64,000 bases of DNA from contig JBAZJK010000001.1 in NCBI GenBank assembly GCA_041651355.1, positions 293,883 through 357,882 on the forward strand. Direction: 5' to 3'. Position numbers and translations under genes: made by a program. Position 1 is the first letter of the stretch. Every line of letters starts with the position of its first letter. The notes under the pieces are model-generated. The model did not search any database, was not told the origin of the DNA, and worked only from the letters and a program-made list of their open reading frames with translations. Shown in pieces: positions 56,566-63,406 of this stretch. Source of the DNA: Patescibacteria group bacterium. Its GTDB lineage: Bacteria > Patescibacteriota > Patescibacteriia > Patescibacteriales > UBA12465.

Positions 56566-58434
56566 ATGGCTAAATCTAGGTCACCAATCATTAAATGGTT
56601 TAAACGTATACTGTGGCTTTTTTTAATATTAGTAGCCCTATCGATATTGTTGCTCAGCAGTTCGATTAATCAGTTTAAAAACTTCTATCGCCACACCCTC
56701 TCGGCGAAAGCTGGGCTAGAAACCGCTTTGCAAGCTCTGGAATCTAAGAATCTAGAGTCGGCCGGGGCTTCAGCTCAGAAGGCGGAGGCGGAATTTAAAG
56801 CCGCCTTATTAGAGCTAGACTCTACCCGTGATAATTTTTTGATTAAGAATCTGTATTTTTTCCGAGGCCAGATAGACGACTTAGCCGCTTTGGACCAGGC
56901 CGGTTTGTCTTTAAGCCAAGCCTTTAGTCGCGGCCTTAACATCGTCAGGCCCTTCCAAAGCGCCTTGGTTGATAATCAAGGCAAGAAATTTTTTGAATTT
57001 CCCGGGAGCGATAAAGCTCTAATTTTGCAGTCGATCAAGGATTCAGAGGCGGAATTTTCTAAACTGCAGGCCGATTTAGATACGGCCGCGGCCAATCTGG
57101 AAAGTATCCCTAAATTCAGCATCCTCTATCCCGTTCACAAACAGATTGATGATCTTAGGATCAAGGTTGAGGCTGGGCGCGAGCTTCTATTGGCTTTACG
57201 TCCTTGGCTGAGGCTAGCTCCGGTTATAGCCGGTTATCCTGAGCCGAGCCGTTTTCTTTTGCTTCTACAGAACACCGATGAGCTTAGGCCGACCGGCGGC
57301 TTCTTGGGTACTTATGGGATCTTGGAGTTGAGTGGCGGAGAAATTAAGACTTTAGTGACCGAGGATACATATCATCTTGATATGCCGGTGAAGGATACGC
57401 TCACGACCACGCCGCCCTTGGTCCTTAAAACCTATCTCAAGGTGGATAAATGGTTCCTGCGTGATTCCAACTGGTCGCCTGATTGGCCAACCGCGGCTAA
57501 AGATATCCAGTTTGTCTATAGGGAAGAGTTGAACCTTTTGAAACAGGCTGATTCTGGTTTTAGCGGCGTTATCGGGATTACGCCCGACTTAATCTCCGAT
57601 TTGATCAGATTGACCGGACCGATCAGCGTCAAGGGCCAGGAATATAACCAGGATAATTTTCAGAAATTACTTCAATATAATGTCGAGGTTGCCTATAAGG
57701 ACGATAATATATCCTCTTGGGACCGAAAAGAAATAATTAATGATATTATCAAAGAACTTAAAGATAGATTGATGGCTCTGCCGCTTAGTCGCGTTCAGGA
57801 CCTGGTTCTATTACTGGAAAGGAATCTGGAGCAGAAGAATGTCCTGGTCTATTTCAATAATCCCGTCTATCAAGATCAGATTAATGACCTGAGTTGGGCG
57901 GGCAGGGTTAAGAAGAGCGCCGGTGATTATTTAATGGTTGTAGACGCTAATCTGGCCGCCTTTAAAAGCGATGCCGTAATGGTTAAGAGTATTGACTATG
58001 CCCTCAAAGCCAGGGATGAATATGAAGCTAAGCTTAAACTCCACTATCGCCATACTGGTGGCTTTGATTGGCGGACGACCAGATACCGCAGTTATACCAG
58101 GGTCTATGTTCCCAATGGGAGCCAGATAGTTAGTATTAAGGGAGAAGAGCCCGGGACGCTGAATGTCTACTATGACCCCGCCCTTGATAAGAATGTCTTT
58201 GCTTTTTTCTTAGTGGTTGAACCGGGCAAGGAAAAGACGATCGAAATAGATTATAAACTTTCAGATCAACTAAAGAAAGAAATGAACGCCGATAATTATT
58301 CACTCCTAGTGCAAAAGCAACCAGGGCGGAGAACTAGCCAATTAACGGTTGGTTTAGATTTTAAGAACAGGGTCAATAGATATACTAGCGACTTATTGAC
58401 AGATAAGGTTTTTCAGCTGAAGCTCGAAGAATAG
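56566..58434 (+). CDS. DUF4012-domain membrane-anchored protein
   Basis: 622 aa. N-terminal TM. RPTGGFLGTYG motif typical of DUF4012, from memory. Confidence 0.65.
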   Translation: MAKSRSPIIKWFKRILWLFLILVALSILLLSSSINQFKNFYRHTLSAKAGLETALQALESKNLESAGASAQKAEAEFKAALLELDSTRDNFLIKNLYFFRGQIDDLAALDQAGLSLSQAFSRGLNIVRPFQSALVDNQGKKFFEFPGSDKALILQSIKDSEAEFSKLQADLDTAAANLESIPKFSILYPVHKQIDDLRIKVEAGRELLLALRPWLRLAPVIAGYPEPSRFLLLLQNTDELRPTGGFLGTYGILELSGGEIKTLVTEDTYHLDMPVKDTLTTTPPLVLKTYLKVDKWFLRDSNWSPDWPTAAKDIQFVYREELNLLKQADSGFSGVIGITPDLISDLIRLTGPISVKGQEYNQDNFQKLLQYNVEVAYKDDNISSWDRKEIINDIIKELKDRLMALPLSRVQDLVLLLERNLEQKNVLVYFNNPVYQDQINDLSWAGRVKKSAGDYLMVVDANLAAFKSDAVMVKSIDYALKARDEYEAKLKLHYRHTGGFDWRTTRYRSYTRVYVPNGSQIVSIKGEEPGTLNVYYDPALDKNVFAFFLVVEPGKEKTIEIDYKLSDQLKKEMNADNYSLLVQKQPGRRTSQLTVGLDFKNRVNRYTSDLLTDKVFQLKLEE

Positions 58435-58470
58435 CTCGGTATAGTTGCTAATATTACTTAAATTAACTGA

Positions 58471-58499
58471 TTGACATAATCGCTTAATTTGTTATTATA
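58471..58499 (+). promoter_or_regulatory. Promoter for tRNA-Asn
   Basis: TTGACA, 16-nt spacer, TATTAT. About 30 nt upstream of the tRNA. Confidence 0.55.
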
Positions 58500-58527
58500 T
58501 TTACGTAGCTTAACAATTTAATATTAT

Positions 58528-58602
58528 TCCCGGGTAGCGCAGCGGTAGCGCAGTTGGCTGTTAACCAATTGGTCGTCGGTTCGAATCCGACCCCGGGAGC
58601 CA
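58528..58602 (+). tRNA. tRNA-Asn (anticodon GTT), CCA encoded
   Basis: Hand fold. TCCCGGG / CCCGGGA acceptor. GCGC-AGCGGTA-GCGC D arm. GTTGG-CTGTTAA-CCAAT anticodon arm. GTCGG-TTCGAAT-CCGAC T arm. G73. CCA. Confidence 0.9.
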
Positions 58603-60195
58603 ACGTAGATTAAGCGAGGTTAAAGCCTCGCTTTTTCTTTTATTTTCGCCAAAATATGTCGGTTCGAACCTAGCGATTTCAGCGTTAAATTTTTCAACGT
58701 TATTTCTGAGTGGAATAAGCCAATTATGATAAGAAATGCTAATGTTTTTGCCAATTATTCTTTGGTTCGAACCTAACTTCTTAATGATGTTATTTCGTGT
58801 TTCTTTGTCTCCTTTATCAAACTCCTTTCGAGCTTGAGCACAGAAAATAAAATTTTCTTTGGTAAGCTCTATTAGTTCTGCCTTGCTTGGTTTTGTTTTA
58901 ATTTCATTTTGGCTTAAAGCTTCAATCTCAGCTTTTAATTTAGTCCGTTCGACTAAATAATCAGCATCATCAAGCATCTTTTTCATTCTCATGCTATTAA
59001 GCTCAGATAACTGATCTTCTAAATCTTTAACCTTCTTTTCTCTATCCAGTTTAACCGGCTTTTCTGTTTCAAATTCCTCTTTCATATTTTTCTCTAAATA
59101 ATCTAAGGCTAAGCTTAAAAACTGGGGATGCATTTCCAGTTTTTTAAGGTCGCTTTTAACTTGTTTTTCTAATTCTTCTTCTTGAATAGAACCTTCTCGA
59201 CAGCCAGTTTCTTTTCGTTTATGCGTACAATGGTAATAGTGATAAGTTTTAACTTCATTAGCTTCTAAAATATATTTTCTTTTGCGTTCAGCGGTAATAG
59301 CACAACCACAAAAACCACAGGTAAAAGCGCCAGAATACATAAAGTCTAACTTTTTAACATTTCTTTTATTACCCCTTAAGCCTAATAACTCTTGAATCCG
59401 ATTATAATCTTCAAGACTAATTATCGGCTTATGTTTGCCCGGGCTTTCTTTACCGTTATAAGTGATTATGCCGCAATAAAATGAGCTAGTTAACATTTTA
59501 TACCAGGTGCTTCTAGATAATGAATTGCCCCCAGTTTTAGCTTTTGCCCTAGTCTTATAACCCCAATCATTATTTAGCTTATTTAATACCTCTTGAGCAG
59601 TATAATTACCAGTTAAAAAGAGCTTAAAAGCCTCTTTAAGAAGCGGTGCACGCTTCTTGTCGGTAATTAGTGTCCGTTGACCTTTCTCGAGCCTCATATC
59701 GTTTAAATAGCCCTCAGGAGCTTGTCCTGGAAGCCAACCGAGAGAGACTTTCTTCTCTAAACCACGCTTTACATCCTTGCCTAATTTAGAAGAGAAATAT
59801 TGAGACTGACTGAGAGCTAATTGGAGCATCATTATGCCTTCCGGGGAATTATCAAAATTATATGATCCGAATTTTAAATCTTTAATAATCCCGGTACGGA
59901 CTAAATAGGTAATAGTTGAAGCATCTATTTCATTTCTTGATAATCTATCAGGATGCCAGGCAATAATGCCGTGCGCTTCACCTTTCCTTATTCTTTTTAT
60001 CATCTCAGCGAAAACCGGCCGATTGTATGGCGAAAAAGCGCTATGCTTTTCTTCCATAACTGCAACAATTTCTAAGCCGCTAAAAAACTCTTTAACTTTA
60101 TCCATTTGACTTTCAATGGATAAAGCCTGTCTTTCATCGCCTTCAGTTGATTTGCGGACATAGGCAAAATATTTAATTGGATTTTCGCTCGTCAT
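58561..60195 (-). CDS. Large serine recombinase (integrase)
   Basis: YFAYVRKSTEGDERQALSIESQ catalytic-Ser region. Recombinase domain (GWLPGQAPEGY). Zinc ribbon CGFCGCAI...YHCTHKRKETGC. Coiled coil. ATG at 60195 (the track uses a TTG at 60240). The last 14 codons are antisense to tRNA-Asn. Confidence 0.85.
   Translation of the reverse strand: MTSENPIKYFAYVRKSTEGDERQALSIESQMDKVKEFFSGLEIVAVMEEKHSAFSPYNRPVFAEMIKRIRKGEAHGIIAWHPDRLSRNEIDASTITYLVRTGIIKDLKFGSYNFDNSPEGIMMLQLALSQSQYFSSKLGKDVKRGLEKKVSLGWLPGQAPEGYLNDMRLEKGQRTLITDKKRAPLLKEAFKLFLTGNYTAQEVLNKLNNDWGYKTRAKAKTGGNSLSRSTWYKMLTSSFYCGIITYNGKESPGKHKPIISLEDYNRIQELLGLRGNKRNVKKLDFMYSGAFTCGFCGCAITAERKRKYILEANEVKTYHYYHCTHKRKETGCREGSIQEEELEKQVKSDLKKLEMHPQFLSLALDYLEKNMKEEFETEKPVKLDREKKVKDLEDQLSELNSMRMKKMLDDADYLVERTKLKAEIEALSQNEIKTKPSKAELIELTKENFIFCAQARKEFDKGDKETRNNIIKKLGSNQRIIGKNISISYHNWLIPLRNNVEKFNAEIARFEPTYFGENKRKSEALTSLNLRWLPGSDSNRRPIG
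58612..58640 (+). terminator. Terminator after tRNA-Asn
   Basis: AAGCGAGG-TTAAAG-CCTCGCTT, then a T run. Confidence 0.75.
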
Positions 60196-60231
60196 ATATG
60201 TATTTTTAGATAACAAAAAGGGACGGTCCTG

Positions 60232-60337
60232 AGCATCCAACTAAATATTGCCAAAAGCAATACTCGTCAGCAGAACCATCCCTTTTTGGGGGCGAGTATA
60301 AAAAAAGCTTTTGGGCTGTGTTATTTAGTTGGATGCT
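60232..60337. repeat. Nested inverted-repeat structure upstream of the recombinase gene
   Basis: 16-bp perfect inverted repeat AGCATCCAACTAAATA / TATTTAGTTGGATGCT (60232-60247, 60322-60337). It encloses the inner repeat CGAGTAT / ATACTCG and the small hairpins TTGC-CAAAA-GCAA and CCC-TTTTTGG-GGG. Confidence 0.7.
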
Positions 60338-60356
60338 ACTTATATATTACTACATT

Positions 60357-60542
60357 TTAAATTTTTTTCAAGTTTCTATAATATTGATTGTGCTGCGATT
60401 TTGTCATCGGCTTATAAGTCTGTTCCACTAGCCATAATAAATCAGCTGCCTGTTTGTAGGCCTCTTCGTCGCTTATTTCGATTTTAAAGATCTTCTGATA
60501 AAGCTTCTTGAATTCCTTCATGAAGCTGGGCGTAATTTCCAT
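60357..60542 (-). CDS. Small hypothetical protein (61 aa)
   Basis: MEITPSFMKEFKKLYQKIF... from the ATG at 60542. The track start at 60620 overlaps the Rep 3' end. Confidence 0.45.
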   Translation of the reverse strand: MEITPSFMKEFKKLYQKIFKIEISDEEAYKQAADLLWLVEQTYKPMTKSQHNQYYRNLKKI

Positions 60543-60580
60543 ACTAGAACGGGAACTATGTTTATTTTTCAAAGGTAAAG

Positions 60581-61345
60581 TTAGAAACCGTATAAACGAT
60601 ATTGAATTTTTCCTAACCAATCAGAACGGTATGATTTTTCAAATAACGGCGGAATATTGCCAATAGCATTTGTGATAAATTCTTTTACTTCTTTAAAGAC
60701 GGTAATAATAATTGGTTGCTCAAGGTTTTTTGAGGCTAATATTTTTCTCATTCCAAAATAGCGAATATCAAACAAATTTTTACTGACATATTTTGAAACG
60801 TAAAGCCCTAAATGATTAACGTGTTTAATTCTATTTATTTTTATAAATCCATTTTGCCAAATAGCTTTTAATTCATCAGAAGCCATTTCAAAATTAACTA
60901 ATAAATGATAATGAACGGCTCCGCCATTTGGTTTTGGTCTACCATAGTAATCGTTATCAGATTGAAATTCAGGAATAGCGATATATTTTAAATTTGGCCT
61001 TTTTCTCTTTAGTCTTTTAATAAACTTCTTAAATATCGGATTAGCTTCAACTAGACTGGGAACATCAGAATCAAAGGTTAGGGTGATAAATACTTTTAAA
61101 TCAGGATTAGCGTTTATTAAACGCACAATTCTTGATCTAGTCCGGCGCAAGGAAAAATCTCTCATTACCTCAACTTGAAAAGCCTTGTTAGCGCACTCTT
61201 TAATCTGCTTCATTATTTCTTCTTTTGTGCGACGTTTGGCGGCTTTTTTCTTCCTCTTCTTTTGGCCAACATGAATAGGCGTCTCGTATTGATAGAGCTC
61301 CACTTTCTTCCCGGATATTATTAACTTGTTCTGATAGGTGGTCAT
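60581..61345 (-). CDS. HUH rolling-circle replication initiator (phage/plasmid Rep, two-Tyr type)
   Basis: Motif 1 FITLTF, motif 2 HYHLLV (HUH), motif 3 YVSKYVSK (YxxKY). ATG at 61345. An alternative TTG lies at 61375. Confidence 0.8.
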   Translation of the reverse strand: MTTYQNKLIISGKKVELYQYETPIHVGQKKRKKKAAKRRTKEEIMKQIKECANKAFQVEVMRDFSLRRTRSRIVRLINANPDLKVFITLTFDSDVPSLVEANPIFKKFIKRLKRKRPNLKYIAIPEFQSDNDYYGRPKPNGGAVHYHLLVNFEMASDELKAIWQNGFIKINRIKHVNHLGLYVSKYVSKNLFDIRYFGMRKILASKNLEQPIIITVFKEVKEFITNAIGNIPPLFEKSYRSDWLGKIQYRLYGF

Positions 61346-61541
61346 CTTTGAGGAGGAAATACAATTCTTCAACAACAGAAGTGTATTCTTCTTGATATGA
61401 GTTAAGTTTTCGAACTAAAAGCTCGAAATCGGTGGTTGAATCGGTTTTTATTCTTCTAGTAATTCCAAATCTTAAAGTTTTAATTCTTTCTCGAAGCCAA
61501 ATAATGTAATCAAATTCTCTTTTAATGTTTTTATATATCAT
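61200..61541 (-). CDS. Hypothetical 113-aa ORF overlapping the Rep 5' end in another frame
   Basis: The N-terminal ~70 aa look protein-like (MIYKNIKREFDYIIWLRERIKTLRF...). The C-terminal part overlaps Rep by about 146 nt. Confidence 0.35.
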   Translation of the reverse strand: MIYKNIKREFDYIIWLRERIKTLRFGITRRIKTDSTTDFELLVRKLNSYQEEYTSVVEELYFLLKDDHLSEQVNNIREESGALSIRDAYSCWPKEEEEKSRQTSHKRRNNEAD

Positions 61542-61564
61542 ATATTTATCAAATATTCGTAGTG

Positions 61565-61866
61565 ACGGCCCGGTGTGTGCGTATGGTCAAGTTAATTATA
61601 TTAGGGAGGGGGCCGGGCCTCATTTCTAGTCTTAAGTCTCATTTACCGGCTGCGGTTTTTCTTTTTTGGCTCCCCCAAGGGGATGCCGCCAAAAAAGAAA
61701 AAAACTGCAGCAGCCGGTCGTAGTTTTAAATTTTAAAGGGAGTTGATTGTCTATCTGTGGCTTCTCATTTTAACGTCAGCTTATCGCCTATCAAGGTAGT
61801 AGCAAGTCTCCACTTTGACTGTCGCAAGCAATCAGACGTTGTCTCATTTCGTGCCGATAGATAATC
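61565..61866. other. Origin-like ORF-free region: long hairpins, four CTCATTT repeats, flanking inverted repeat
   Basis: GGCCCGG / CCGGGCC (61567-61573 / 61613-61619). 74-nt imperfect hairpin at 61645-61718 (about 31 bp, apical TCCCC-CAA-GGGGA). CTCATTT at 61619, 61638, 61764, 61844. GATTGTCTATC / GATAGATAATC (61745-61755 / 61856-61866). Confidence 0.6.
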
Positions 61867-61916
61867 TAAGGCGACGTTATCCGGCAATTTAAAAATCAGT
61901 CGCTACATTTAATTTT

Positions 61917-62210
61917 ATGACTATATCAGTCAAATCAAATTGGACAGGTTCAGAGAGCACCTCTGATCTTGTTAGAAAACAGATTGCCGAGAGATGGGGC
62001 GAAGATGAAGCTAAACGTTATAATCCGTTTGTTAATTGCTTCACTTTTAAAGGTTGGCTTAAGAACGGTTATGTCGTCCGTAAGGATGAAAAAGCTATTC
62101 GGTCTTTCATTATCGTTGAAAAGAAAGACAAGAAAACCGGAGCGGTAGTTGAAAGACGACCGAAAACGATTTACCTTTTCTACGAGAAACAGGTTGAAGC
62201 GCAAGCTTAA
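61917..62210 (+). CDS. Small basic protein, possible ssDNA-binding (ArdC-N / DUF1738-like motif)
   Basis: 97 aa. FTFKGWLKNGYVVRKDEKA resembles the ArdC N-terminal ssDNA-binding motif, from memory. The only plus-strand gene in the element. Confidence 0.4.
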   Translation: MTISVKSNWTGSESTSDLVRKQIAERWGEDEAKRYNPFVNCFTFKGWLKNGYVVRKDEKAIRSFIIVEKKDKKTGAVVERRPKTIYLFYEKQVEAQA

Positions 62211-62218
62211 TAAATTTA

Positions 62219-62251
62219 GGAGTTAATCCTTCGGGATTGACTCCTTTTTTT
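62219..62251. terminator. Strong bidirectional terminator
   Basis: 11-bp stem GGAGTTAATCC-TTCG-GGATTGACTCC, then a T7 run. Confidence 0.8.
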
Positions 62252-62270
62252 GTATAGACAATTTAAAGAA

Positions 62271-63122
62271 CTATCTTACAGTTAATTCTTTTTGTTTCAA
62301 GAATTCTCCTTCACTTAATGCACCTCTATAACCACCTTTATTTTCTCGTCCGCAATCAGAACAAATGCTAACAGGTTTCCAATAATGTTTTTTAGGTCGT
62401 AGCTTAATGTCATAACAACTGTCGTAAATTCCCGTTGGCTTAATAATTAAAACTTGCTTACATTTTGGACAATTATTTAAATTGAAGTCATGCCTTTCGT
62501 GGCACTTCTCACAAAATTTATGCTCAAGCTCTAATTTATATTCATTCCATTTAGTAAAAAGCAGTTTTGATTTAAGAAAAAATCTAAGCTCTGATAACCA
62601 AGAAAAAAAACCATTATCTTTTGGCTCCGGTTCTTCTTTTAGCATTTGGGTTCTATCAATAGAGCGTTCCCGGAAAATAATAACTCCTGGAATAAAGGTT
62701 AGGATGCGAAAACAATCAGTCCATTCATCGATAACAATACGAGCGCTTTTGGCGACTAACGTAATATTTTGGGTCGTGCCATAAACATCAACGTGGTGGT
62801 GGCGATGTTGTTGAAAAAATCTTCTGATAGCACCGCTTTCGTTTTCCCAGTTTCTAGGATCGAGCGGCTCGGCTATTTCATCGCAAACTACAATACAATT
62901 TCTGACATCAACAATGTCTTCCATTTCTTGGTAATAATGAAGATTATTTTTATCAGTATCCCATTCACCTAAAACATCAAAGCGTTTCCAGTTAAGCCAT
63001 AAGTTAGAATATACTTGATAACCGGCGACAAGATAAGGATAAACAAAGGTCGCCATTATTAATGATTTACCGCTGCCAGGAAGCCCGGTAATTAATTTGA
63101 ATTTTGAACCATCTAAAGCCAT
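62271..63122 (-). CDS. Zot/pI-like P-loop morphogenesis ATPase with C-terminal zinc-ribbon motifs
   Basis: Walker A ITGLPGSGKS, Walker B IVVCDEIAE. C-terminal CEKCHERHDFNLNNCPKC and CSDCG. No hydrophobic TM segment seen. Confidence 0.7.
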   Translation of the reverse strand: MALDGSKFKLITGLPGSGKSLIMATFVYPYLVAGYQVYSNLWLNWKRFDVLGEWDTDKNNLHYYQEMEDIVDVRNCIVVCDEIAEPLDPRNWENESGAIRRFFQQHRHHHVDVYGTTQNITLVAKSARIVIDEWTDCFRILTFIPGVIIFRERSIDRTQMLKEEPEPKDNGFFSWLSELRFFLKSKLLFTKWNEYKLELEHKFCEKCHERHDFNLNNCPKCKQVLIIKPTGIYDSCYDIKLRPKKHYWKPVSICSDCGRENKGGYRGALSEGEFLKQKELTVR

Positions 63123-63126
63123 ATTA

Positions 63127-63402
63127 TTATTCTCTTAAACCGGAATTATTAATTAATATCTTAATGGCCATAATTGACCACAAGAAAGGATAAACAGAAA
63201 ATATTAAACCAACTATTTGCCAGAGCGTATCAGTCGGAAAAATAAAATCAATGAGACTCGACCATTGTCTAATCATTCCGAAGAATATCGTAATGTTAGA
63301 CCAGGGAATTAAGCTATTAACCGCTTGGCCAATAGCGTAAAGCAATCCTGATAAAAATGTTGTGATAAGAATTACTTTAATGAATTGAATTATTGCGTTC
63401 AT
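63127..63402 (-). CDS. Small 3-TM membrane protein (minor virion/assembly protein candidate)
   Basis: 91 aa, strongly hydrophobic. Lies 4 nt upstream of the Zot-like gene start on the same strand. Confidence 0.55.
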   Translation of the reverse strand: MNAIIQFIKVILITTFLSGLLYAIGQAVNSLIPWSNITIFFGMIRQWSSLIDFIFPTDTLWQIVGLIFSVYPFLWSIMAIKILINNSGLRE

Positions 63403-63406
63403 ATAT

